In this document: positions 1 through 11,643 of the stretch, piece after piece | How the letters are laid out: the number at the start of each line of letters is the position of its first letter | Position numbering within the stretch: the first letter of the stretch is position 1 | Source of the DNA: Rhizaria sp. SCN 62-66 | Taxonomy: Eukaryota | NCBI GenBank assembly: GCA_001724265.1 | Contig: MEDY01000138.1 | Location: 1 to 64,000, forward strand | DNA length: 64,000 nt | Reading direction: 5' to 3' | Notes under the pieces: generated by a model | The model's database searches: none | Told to the model about the DNA's origin: nothing | The model's input: the letters and a program-made list of their open reading frames with translations, nothing else | Made by a program: the position numbers and the translations under genes

Positions 1-450
1 CTGACCATCAACATAACGCCCCTTAATGGAATGTTAACGGGTTTGACTGGTGCCCATAGCTTTTTACGTTCAAATATGTACGGTTTTGTGCGGTTTCAGA
101 AGCTTTGTCGCGCTCTATGATCAGATGTGAAATCTTCTTGGCGAATACAGGTCTCTTGCATTGTTGGTCACGCATTTTTCGGAACCCAGGAGGGGAGTAG
201 TGTTTTTTGTTGGTGGTGAGTCGATGCTGGCGGATAAGATGAGGCCTCATTTGATGTACTGTTCGTTCATAGAATGTATTTTTTCAGGGTGTCCACATCA
301 AAATGTGTGTTTTACACGTAGCCTGCTAATTATATCTCATGCGAGCGCGTATATCCTGCCTTACCACCTTGCTTCTGTCGCCCCTTCGACCCTCAAAAAG
401 CACGCCTGCCCTCCCTCCCCTCAGTGCGCCGCGCCGATTCCCTTGCAACC

Positions 451-2874
451 ATGTCTCTCGCTTTCGCGCCCAGCGGCAGCAACGATGTGTTTGTGTCTAC
501 GGCAAGCACTGATGCAGCGAAGCCAACCGTTGTGTTCCTCAAGGAGTCGCACACCGGCACCCCCGTTGACCCCTACGAGCAAGTACGTCATCTCCCTCCC
601 ATATAATCACGCAGTAATTGCCATTAACAATCAATATTGGTGAAAATCCTCTGCCGTGACTAACTAATAGTGTTCGCTAATAATGTATTACACTTTTGGT
701 TGGCTCATTGTGTATCCTTGTTGTTATATCTCTGCTTTCTGGTCCCAGCTGTTTGCCGCCGCGGGCTACAACGTGCGTTTCCTGCCCGTGCTGCGCTTCG
801 ACCACGGCGGCATCTCGCAGGCCCTGAAGCTCACGCACGCGCTTTTTGCGCCCGCAGCGAGCTACAGCGGCGTTGTTTTTACTTCAGCGACCGGGGTCGC
901 CTCGTGCGGCCACGCACTGACGCTGGCGACCGCCTCCACCGCCAACGAGGTCTCATTCCACCACATCGACAACCGCGGCAGCAATGTCAACAGTACGAAT
1001 ACGAGCTGTGGCACTGGGAGCAACGGCGATGCTGCTGCTGCTCACAGCAGGCACACGGCGCACCACAGCTACGGCTGCCCTGTCCTGGCAGCTTTGGCCG
1101 CCGCTGCTGCCTCTGATTCCAGTACGAGCTCTAGCTCTAGTTCTGACTCTGGCTCCGGCTCTGGCTCCGGCTCTGGCTCTGGCTCCGATGCCTCTGGCTC
1201 TAGCTCGCAGTCGCTGTCGCAGCGATTTCTTGGAGCGACCGTGCCATGTTTCACGGTGGGGCCTGCGACCTTCGCCGCTGCCAAGGCCTTCAAGTGGCAG
1301 CTGCCCGCGATGAGCGCCGCCAAATCTAAGGGGCAGCAGCAGCAGCAGCTGCTGCAGTCTAAGAGGGGTCATGATGTCACAACTGCAGACACCAAGGAGT
1401 CTAAGGGCGACGGTGACAACCGCACTTCCGCCACCGACCCCGATTTCGTGTCGTTTTCGGTCGTGAAGGAGCCCCCCGAGGCGAAGCATGACGCTATCGC
1501 CCTTGCCAAGTACTTAGACCTCGTGTGGAAACTAAGTACCCACGCTGGCGGCGGCGAGCTACTGATTCAAGAGCCAGAGCAAGAGAATTCTGTCACTTCA
1601 AAGAGCACCGTCCACGTTACTGCCGTCAATACTGCAAGCAACAACAGCGGCAACAACGACGACCCCAGCGCGGCTAGCCTCACCCTCGACGCCGGCAGCA
1701 ACACCGCCGTAGACAACTCAGCTGACGTTAGCACCGACAACAGCACCAGCGGCGGCCGTCAGCGGTGCGCAGTGCGCAGCATCGTGTTGTCGCCCGCGCC
1801 GTCGCTGGTCTTCGCCATGAGCGAGAGCGAGGGCGGCGGCATGGAGGCCGCGCGCACGCAGGCGCTGCCGCTGTGCCTGTCGCCTCCGCTCGCGGGCTGC
1901 AAGCCCCCCGCAGTCGCGGCCGCGGTTGCGGGCGGCGAAGACAACAAGAATTGTATGAGCACGGGCGCGAGTGCGAGTGAGTTGGAGTCGTTTTCGCTCG
2001 ATAACAGCAACAACACGAGCAAGATCACTATGACGACTGCAAATGCTCGCTCGAAGGGCGCTGGCTCTAGTTCGAACAGTTCGTGTGTGAATGCGGTTGA
2101 TTTCAGTCGGTACACGTATGTTAAGTCGCTTCCTATCGATTATAAGCCGTCACGGCTTGTCTTGGAGGCCGCTGCCACTGCTGGCATCCCTTTCACATCT
2201 CACGCCAACAGCCCCTTAGCCGGCGATCCAAGTACCTCTGCTCACAGTCACTTTGCGAGCGTGCCATTAGTGGACGTCAGGCGGCCGCTGCTGCTGCTGC
2301 TGGCCTCGGCGCGCCTCAAGACGCTGCCAGACGCACTCACGAAGCTCAATATCCCCTTTGTCGTACGTCTCAAGATCTATCGATATTCATGCCGCTTTTT
2401 CGAGACTGTCGTATTCTGTTTGAAAACACAATTTTCCCCCCAAATCGATCTCTGACTCACATTATTTCTCTGTATTATTTCGCATCGATTTCATTGCAAC
2501 CCTGTGCTATGTACCCCGCATTCTCGCCTTGCAGGAGCACTTCGTGTACGACACGGTCCCCAACCTCAACCTCTGGCACGCCCTCACCACCCTACCCCAC
2601 CCTACCACTGACGCCGCCGCCACTGCGAGTACGAGTGCCAGTGACGCAGGGGTGCCCCCTCTGACGTTCTGCTACTTCTCGCCCTCTGGCGTGCGCGCCC
2701 TGGCCGCCCACGTGGCCACGGCTGCGCAGGCGGTTGGCGCAGTCGCCGCCGCGGCCCCCGCCCGGCTCACGCCGCTCAGTATGAGCTCCGGCGTCGGGCT
2801 CGGGCCGCCGGTCGGCGGACACGCCGCCGCTCACGGTCACTTGGCCCACAGTCACTTGGCTCACGGTCACTCTG

Positions 2875-2906
<32 letters not shown>

Positions 2907-3464
2907 AATACTGATGCGCACGGTGGCATGATGAATACAAGTGCGAGCGTGAATGCGATTGCTAGCCACGCTGTGCTGCCGTCGCCGTTGCCGTCGCCGT
3001 CGCCGCGTTCGCAGTCTGAGTCTGGATCGGAGTCCCCGGTCTCTTCAGCCGCCGCAGCAGCCGCCGCTGCAACTGCTGCTGCTCCTGCCGCAGCTCCAGT
3101 CTCAGTCCCGAACTCAGCCTCAGCTTCTGCTTCGGCTTCGGCGACTACGACTGCGACGGGGACGGCGGCAACGTCCGCGGCGGCGGCTTCCGCCCCCGTC
3201 TCCGTGGCAGTGCCCGCGCCGAGCCTGGAGACTGCGGCGGCCGTGCTGGCCCTGCTGCGGCGCGCGCGGCACGTGTCGATCGGCGCAACCACCGCCCGCA
3301 GCCACCCTTTGCGGCCGGTGCGCGGCGATGGCGCCGCGTGGGCCGGCGTCGCCGCCGCCGCAACGCCCCAGGGGCTGCTCGACGTCATTGCCAAAGCGCA
3401 CGGCAGCAGCAGCGGGCTCGGCGGCGGCAGCGGCGGCGGCGAGTTAGAGCGACTGGAGAACTGA
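451..3464 (+). CDS. UROS: Uroporphyrinogen-III synthase (HemD/UROS), ~891 aa with large low-complexity insertions; exons 451-582, 749-2362, 2535-3464
   Basis: HemD motifs in order: DPY..LF...G...LPVLRF, YSGVVFTS, VGPAT, PLLLL...TLPDAL...IP, VYDT, YFSPSGV, SIGATTA, ATPQGL. GTACGT..AG introns keep the frame. Ends in TGA. Confidence 0.85.
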
Positions 3465-3870
3465 GACCACAGCACAGTGATACTGACTTGTTTTTGATGT
3501 TAGAGGATAGCGACATTGTTTACGTGTCAAAGAAAGATATTTAGTAATTTATTGGTTTATTTAGTAATTAAAACGCTTTGCATAATACAAAAAATGCGGA
3601 TTTTATCTCTGAAAACGCTACGTTCTCTGTTCTGTGGTTTTTGTGACTCTTCGGTTGGCAGGTTGGCGCCTGGCCATCCGATCGTTCCTTCGTTGGCCCA
3701 AATGAATCTTGATGTAAAATGATGGAACTTCCGTTAATTGCGAATTCCTCTTAAAAGCGAAAGCTAAATTAGCCACTGCACTATATTATCTTATTAAATC
3801 TCATATGGTTTCTATTTTGTTGTGATATAGCCCGACTTAATCTTTCCCGCGCAAAGCGAAAGTTGGAGCC

Positions 3871-5977
3871 ATGTCCTCTCCTCCCCACGGACCCACCAAG
3901 CCCCCAGCCGCTCTGCCCAGCGCAAGCGCTCACCCCACAGCTACATCCGCGAGCGCCGCGCCGTCGGATCTCTCCACACTCCGGATGACTGACGCGGACG
4001 CCTACGCTGCCGCGCTGGACGAGCACGCAAGCAGCGGTGCCGGCGCCGACAGCAGCGCCCGCCGCCGGCGCCGCCCGGCCGCCGCGTCGGCCGCCGCGGC
4101 CAACACGAGTCTCGTCTCGTCTAACTTCGTCAAGAACAACTACAAGCGCTCCATGCGACACGCGCGCAAGTCCGTTTCGGCGCTCGAGAAGGGGCTCGGC
4201 GCCCGGTACCGCAACGGCGTGCTCAAGTCCAGCTTCCGGCAGTCGCGGCGCGAGGCCGCGGCGACGGCGGCAGGGCACGAGAACAACGTGCTGTACCACG
4301 ACCTGCTCGACAGCGACGAGCTGGAGCTGATGCGCATCCACCAGGAGCTGCTCCGCGGCGAAAACAACAGCCGTTACAGTCGCAACTCGAACAATAACAA
4401 CAACAGTGCCGGCCACGGCAGCGCTGCGCGTCGCAATAGCCTGAGCTTGAGCGCGCACGCAGTCGTTGCCAGCGTGCTCGCCAGCGCAGAAGGCACCGCT
4501 TCCGCTGCCACTACTGCTGCCAACGCCGCGGCGACTGCGACGACGGTTGGCCGCGGCGTAACTTGCGGCGGCCTAACTTCAGGCGGCGGCCGGTCGGGCG
4601 CGCGCGCTCACAGCCACTCCCTGTCGTTCGACAGCCTGCACTCGGCGGCGGCCCACGCCGACAGCGCGACGCTGCTGCTCTCGGCGATGACCGGCGCGGG
4701 CGCGACTCTGGCTGTCATGGCCGCGGGCGCCAGCGAGGGCGAGCGTGCCGCCGCCGTGGCCGCCGCGGCCAGGGCGCGGAAGCAGGGGCTCGGGGTGAGC
4801 GAGGAGGTGACTGTGAGCGACCGCGCGCGGCTTAACTTGTTCGAGAGGCGGCTTGAGGAGATGAGCGAGCAGGAGCTCAGGGCGCAGTCTAAGGGGTACT
4901 TAGGCGCGTTTAAGGGCATTGGTTGGGGCAGTGTCAGTAAGCAAAACAGCAGCGGCACCAGCAGCAGCAACAGTAGCACATGCACGGCAAACGCGAACGT
5001 TAGCAATGATGCGACTCGTCCTGCTGCTCGTGCCAGTGCGACCGCGAGTGCGAATGCTATGAGCGACAACGACAATGGGCAGGGCTGTGGCGACGGCAAC
5101 GGCGACGACTGTGACGATGCCAGCGCTGCCGAGGCAGACTTGCGAGAGGACGATGACGATAACGAAGACGATTATGATCAGTATGAGTGCGATGATGGCG
5201 ACGAAGACGATCATGGCGATGAGGACGAGGACGACGAGGAGGGTTACAGCGGTGAGGACGCTGAGCTGGACATTGAGCAAACAGTGAACTCTGCCGACTC
5301 GTCGTCGCATGGAACACAGGGCGGCTTAAATTCTTCTTGCCCCGGCGGCTTGGCTTTGATGACGGAGGCCGAGGCGGCTATGCTCGACGACCTGTCAGGC
5401 CTCAGCGACCTCTCTGGCATCAGTGACTGTGAGCAGGGTGACGAGCAGGATGACTGTGCGCACGGACAGGAGCAAGAGCAGGAGCAAGAGTTCCGCGACT
5501 GTGAGCAGAAGCAGCAGAGCGCAAGTGACCGCGATCAGCAGCAGCGGCTCCAACGCAACGACGCCAGCAGTGACCGTGCTAATGACGGTGGCGACGGCAA
5601 CGGCAACGGCAGCGACGGTGGCTGCAACAGCGACAGCACAAGCGACAGTGACATTGAACTAGTCTTCCTTCCTAGCAGAGCTAGCAATAGTATCGTGGCC
5701 ACGGATGGCAACGCTTTGCTGACTGCCGGTGTGCGTAAGGTGACTGAGAAGTATGAGAAAGTCACAAGTTCCAACATCTTCAGTGTTTATAGTCAAGCCG
5801 CCAACTCGCGCCGCCCCCGCACAGCGGCCAGCGCGGCGGCCGCGAGTGCTGACGATGGCGCGGGTGTCACAAGTACCGCGGCGGCGGCTAAGGGGAAGGC
5901 AGGTAAGGGTACCTACATCGACACGAGTAACCCTTACCTGGACAAGAGCGACGCGTCACACCTCTTTTCACAGCAGT

Positions 5978-6039
<62 letters not shown>

Positions 6040-9000
6040 CAACAACAAGATCCTAACAGTCCCGCTAACAGCAGCTTGCAACCCAAGCCTGCATTTGTGG
6101 CGCCTAGCCCCTTTACTACAGCCACGCCTGCGGCCTCTGCCACCTCTGCAACGCTGCACAAGGCACTCAAGTCAGTCTTCGGCCACTCGACTTTCAACCC
6201 TGGTACGTTGCGAGAACGCAGTTGTTTGGCAATAAGAACATGCTGATTTAGATGCGTTGTAGTATTTCTATTTTTCCGTTTTATTGATATTCTTACACTT
6301 CATCTGGTATCAGCTCACACGTTGTTTACTTCATGCTATTGTTTGTTTCGCACTTTGCATTCACAGGCCAGCAAGAAGCAGTGTCGAATGTCTTACGCGG
6401 CAAATCAACCCTGCTTATCTTGCCGACTGGTGCGGGTAAATCGCTCTGTTACCAGCTGCCGTCGCTGTTTTTGCCCGGCTTAACTTTGGTGATCACGCCT
6501 CTGATCTCGCTGATGTTCGATCAACTGGCCCACTTACCACCCTCACTGCCAGGTACGTACTTACACAACTCCACTTTAACTAGTATTTGACGAGCTAAAA
6601 AAAGCTCAATTTGGCGTTCCACTCACTTATTCGTAATTTAATCATACGAGGCACGTTTCTGACGCACTACTAGCCTCTAAATTCATACTATGCATGTTAT
6701 ATACTCCGTTTTGTGCTATTTCACAGGCGCCGTGTGGTCCTCGGTGGCGACCCCGGCTGAAACGACCGCGCTAATGTCCCGGCTCCGCGCTGGCCTCATC
6801 AAAATCCTCTATCTCTCCCCCGAGCGCCTGCTCTCCCCGGGCTTCCTGCGCTTCGCCTCGCTGTCCCTGCCGGCCCCCGGCGTGTCGCTAGTCTGCGTGG
6901 ACGAGGCGCACTGCCTCTCTGAGTGGTCGCACAACTTCCGCCCAGGTACGCACTTATATCTCACATATCTGCCCAAAACATATCCAATCAGGTATATAAT
7001 ATGTACTCGTTTTGCTACACGGGCCATTCAATTCTTACCACTAGGTGCTCACATATCGCCCATTTACATAACGCTTTGTGTTGTTACGCTGATCTTCTTC
7101 ATAGGCTACTTGCGGCTGACACACCCGATTTTCTCGGTTTTGCGCGCCAAATGCGTGTTGGCGCTGACCGCAACGGCGACCCGGCTCACCGAGGACGTCA
7201 TTTGCCGCACACTGCGCATCGATGTCAAGCCGCCTAGCGACGAGGAGAGTGCTGGTGCGAGCTGCGTGCTGCGCGCTGCGGTGGGGCGGCCTAACTTGCT
7301 GCTCACGGCGAGCCTGGTTGACGGCGACGGCGACGGCAGCGGCAGCGGCAGCGGCAGCAGCTTCGGCGGCCTCCGCGTCAGCGAAATTCTCGCCATCTTG
7401 CAGTCCAAACAAGTCGCCTCCATCACCACGAAAGCCACCACGGACGGCGACGCTAAGACGAAGGCGGCGGCCGCAGCGACCAAATCAACCAAGGGCGGCG
7501 GCGTCAGGGCGAGCGAAGTGCCGAGCAGCATTGTGTACGTCGCGACGCAGTTCCTGGCTGAGCGCGTGGCGACTGAGCTCTCCACCGCGGGGGTCCGCGC
7601 CGAGCCCTACCATGCCGGGCTGACGGCCGCGCAGCGCCAGGCCACGCAGGCGCGCTTCATGGCCGGGAAGGCCCGCGTCGTCGTCGCCACCATCGCGTTC
7701 GGCATGGGGCTGGACAAGTCCGACGTGCGGGTTGTGATCCACCACTCGCTGCCGCGCACACTAGAGAACTACGTGCAAGTACGTCGCATTCTAGGATTTC
7801 TGTAATCGCAATTTGACAAGAAGCTATTTTTTCGCCATGTATCACTGTTGTATTTACGCTTATCAATGATGATTCCCTGATTTATAATGTTCTTATTGAT
7901 ATAATTCTTGCTATCTTGTGTTGCTTCTATTTTCCACGTGCGTCACAACAGGAAATCGGCCGTGCCGGCCGCGACGGTAGGCCCTCGCTGTGCCACGTGC
8001 TCTACTCCTCCGCGGACGCGCACCGCTCCCGGTCACTTGCGCACTCGGACGGCTTCGACCAGGCCACCGTGCTTCGCATTCTCACCGCGCTCTTCCCGCC
8101 GCAAAGCAGCGCGAGCAACACGAGTCGCCATATCGAACGCGACCGCAGTATCGGCGACAGCAGCGGCGACCACGGCGACCACAGTGACGATGGCTCTGCT
8201 GAGGCGGTGCTGTCCCCGTTCCACTTCACGGCTCTGAGCCACGCCGAGTACGAGAACACGCACGACCTCAAGGAGCTGGTGCTAGCGACCATTCTCACGC
8301 AGCTGGAACTTGTGCCCGTGAGTGCCGTCGAGAGCTTTCTCACCGCGTTCGACTGCGTTGTCGACGACGGTACTTACATTCCGGATCTTGCGTCTAAGGG
8401 GGGTGACCGCCGGACTGGTACTGACACGCTGGCTAAGCGCCCCCCGCTCCCGCGCGACTGGTGCCGTCTGTTCCACTTACACCTGATCACGTCCTACCCC
8501 GCGAATGTAAGTACCCCTTACGCGCGGCTAACCTCGTCCTTCCATGACAAGTGCACCCTTACATTCCTTTCGCAAACCCCTGAGGCTGCGGCTCTCAAGA
8601 GTGTCGTCATCAAGGAGGCACTTAAGCAAGCAGGAGTGCATCTAAGTGCCTTTGAGAATGAAGGCAGCAACAGCAATACCACTAACAATGGTCTAAGTAT
8701 CCCGAGTCTCAACACCTTGCCTTTCGCTAATAGTAGCACTCACTCGCACACAAGTGGCGGCACTAACTCGACTGTCGTAACTGTGACAAGTCAGGCCACT
8801 TTCACCGGTACATACACGTCCGCACTCACGGCCCGCAAAAGCAACGGCACCAACGCAGTCGCCGGGGTTGGCGACGATGCTATTGTGACTACTGGCGGCT
8901 ACTTTGGCCCGAAGCAACGCGGCACTTACACCGGCGGCGCTTACAGTCGTGGCGGCGGCCGCGGCGGCTTCCGCGGCCGCGGCGGCTACGGCAAAGGAGG

Positions 9001-10922
9001 CCATAACAGTGGCAGTCACTACCGCTCCAAAGCGGGCTTCAACTCGTACTCTTCGTCGAAACCCGGCAGTTACTACAGCAACAGCGGCGGCGGAGGCGGA
9101 GCACATGGGTCCGGCGGCCGGCGGTTTGGCGCGGCTAACACGCGCGGCAGCGTCACGTGTTCCATCAGTTCCCTCGCGCGCGCGCTGTGCTGGCACGTGT
9201 CGGACGTGCAGCGCGCGCTGATGCAGCTGCGCATGGACGGCGTCATCGGCACCGACTGGAGCGAGATGTCGGCCTGCGTGCACTCGATCGTCTCGCCGGG
9301 CCGCACAGTCACCCTTACAACGGATCTAAGTACCACAGAGTCAGACGCGAACGCAAACACAAGCGCGAACGCGCCGGGCGTGCGGCACGCCAGTGTCCTT
9401 GTGCGCGTGCGCGTGCGCTTGCACGCGGCGCGGGTGCTGTCACGGCTGGCCGAGTATCTGACTTGGCGTATGACGACGCTGGAGCAGGCGGGCGTGCGCA
9501 AGGTCGACATTGTGGAGAAGGCGCTCTCGCTCGTCGCCGTGCCCAGCGCGGGGCTGGCGCTGAAGCAGTTCGAGGGAATGAAGGCCGCGTTTGAAGAGCA
9601 AACTCAGGCCGCCAAGTCTAGCAAGAGCAGCGCGAGTACGAACTCTGGCGCTGTCTTGCAGAGTATTATTGGTGCGTATTTCGATGCGATTGACGATGAA
9701 AGCTTTCGGACTGCTCTACTCTCGATTAAGAACAAGAGCATCATCAAGAACAAAAGCCCTTGTCTCAGTCTCTCTGAAGCCACTAATGATGATGATGATG
9801 TAAGTTGCGCTGCTGTGACGGAGGTAGAGCCTTTGCAAGTGACCGTGAACAGAGTTCTTCGGGCAGCAAACGCGCGCGCAGCTGAGGCCGCCGCGGCCGC
9901 CCTCGCGACGACCCGCAGCCTCCGCCACAGCCTCAGTCTGAACGCTCTCAGTGCCCCCGTCGCCGCGGACGTCGGCGTGAGCGGGTACTACGAAGAGCGG
10001 AAGCCGACTGTGGCGAGTGTTGTGATCCGGATGCCGGACCAGGCTAAGGGGGCACTTACATCCAGCGTTATCGACGACAGCGGTGACAGCAACAATAACT
10101 CAAGCGCTCACACAAAGAGCCGCGAGGCTGTAACCGCAGCTCGTACTAATGCTGCCGGTATCCTGAGTGCTGCGAATGCCGCCGTTGCTGCCGATGCGCT
10201 GAGCTCGCCAGTCATGTCGACGATTGCGCCAACGATTGCGCCGTTTGCGGCTGCCCCCGAGTCCGAGTCGTGGCGCTCGCACCCGACCCTTACACTCGAC
10301 AACGCGACCTACTTAGACCTCACGTCGTCTCTCTTCGCCTTCGTCAAGCAGCACGTGCTGCCCGCGCTCGACAACCACAGGAAGCAGCTCCGGCGGCACG
10401 CCCGGGGGCAAGTCGCATCTGCAACCGCGAGCGGCACGGCGTCGAGCGGCACGGTGTCGAGCGGCACGGCGCCGAGCGGTGTGATAATGACCGCGCGGAC
10501 CGTGGCCCGCGTGTTCCACGGGCTCCCGTCCCCGGCGTTCCCGCTCGAGGCGTGGAGGCGGACCGGCGAGTGGGGGCAGTGGGTGCGCGTGCCGTTCGAG
10601 GCGGTGCTGTGCGCGGCCGAGACGGCTATGGAACGCGCCGGGGCTGGCGAATGGGCGCGAGGCGGACTGACCGTGGGGCGCGGGGGCGGCCTAACTTTGG
10701 GCGCTGAGGGCGGGGCGGCGGGGCTTCCAGTTGCGGGCGAGGCTGGCGACGCCGCTTTGCGCAAGAGTAAGAGTAAGAGCAGGAGTCACGGTACGAAACG
10801 GAGTAAGGCTGGTGATGATGGTGATGCTGCTGTTCCGCCTCAACACAAGTCGAGGTCAAAGTCAAAGAATAAGGGGAAGGAGAAGGGGGCATCCAAGTGG
10901 GAGGACTTAAACTCCTTTGTTG

Positions 10923-10956
<34 letters not shown>

Positions 10957-11365
10957 CGACGATGATAATGACGGTGATGACTGCAATGCCTCAGAGTCCG
11001 ATGGTGCGATTCACAGTGACTCCGATGACGCCGTTCGCCGCAGCCGAGGGACATCTAAGGGTGGTGCAAGTAAGGGCCTCGCGAGCGTCAGTGGCTCGTC
11101 GTCTAAGGGTGTCAAGAAGGCTCGCCTGAGTAACACGACGACAGTTGATGATGCTGCTGTTATCGCCGACAGCGACGATGAGATTGATGTTGACGCTCGC
11201 GCTGTCGACTCTGGGGCCGCGGTCTCCCACGCACCTATTGTTGACGACGACGATTTCACGAGCGGTAACGCGACGACTCGCACACAGCAACAGCAACAGC
11301 CACACAGTGAGGCAGCTGATGTGGACGATGATGACGATGAAGTCTCGCAGTTGTTGGGGTTCTAA
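3871..11365 (+). CDS. RECQL4: RECQL4-like DNA helicase, ~2274 codons; exons 3871-6202, 6367-6552, 6727-6945, 7105-7778, 7952-11365; contains an in-frame TAG at 5977-5979
   Basis: RecQ motifs [74 protein letters not shown]4-type N-terminal NFVKNN and C-terminal [14 protein letters not shown]. Ends in TAA. Confidence 0.88.
5971..6048 (+). repeat. (CAG)n(CAA)n polyglutamine tract interrupted by one TAG
   Basis: Reads CAG CAG TAG (CAG)17 (CAA)6, in frame with the RECQL4 start at 3871. Confidence 0.95.
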
Positions 11366-11643
11366 CACGATACGTACCAATGCTAAAGCAAAAACCTAAC
11401 ACTCAATGATAATTAGTTCTTTATATTTAGTCAATCATTCGAATACAAACCAATGATGTTCATACATTTCACAATTATGTATTTTCTACTTTGATATCTA
11501 CGCACAACTGGCCATATCAATCATAACAAGACAACAAGACATCATTATTTAAAACTAAAATGTCACTTGGTTCTTCAACTTAAACTCTCCTCCCACACGT
11601 GTAAGGACGTCCCCTACTTAGATTCCCCCGCACGCACTGGCGC

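Noticed and set aside
23-250. 75-aa minus-strand ORF at the window start
   Set aside because: AT-rich, atypical codon usage and no recognisable motif.
5903-5979. Possible intron GTAAGG...CTCTTTTCACAG that would remove or bypass the RECQL4 TAG
   Set aside because: Donors at 5873, 5903, 5909 and 5927 are phase 1, while the CAG/TAG acceptors are phase 0, so splicing shifts into a frame that stops near 6054. A phase-0 GTGCGT at 5731 is possible, but that intron would be GC-rich and coding-like, unlike the other 29.
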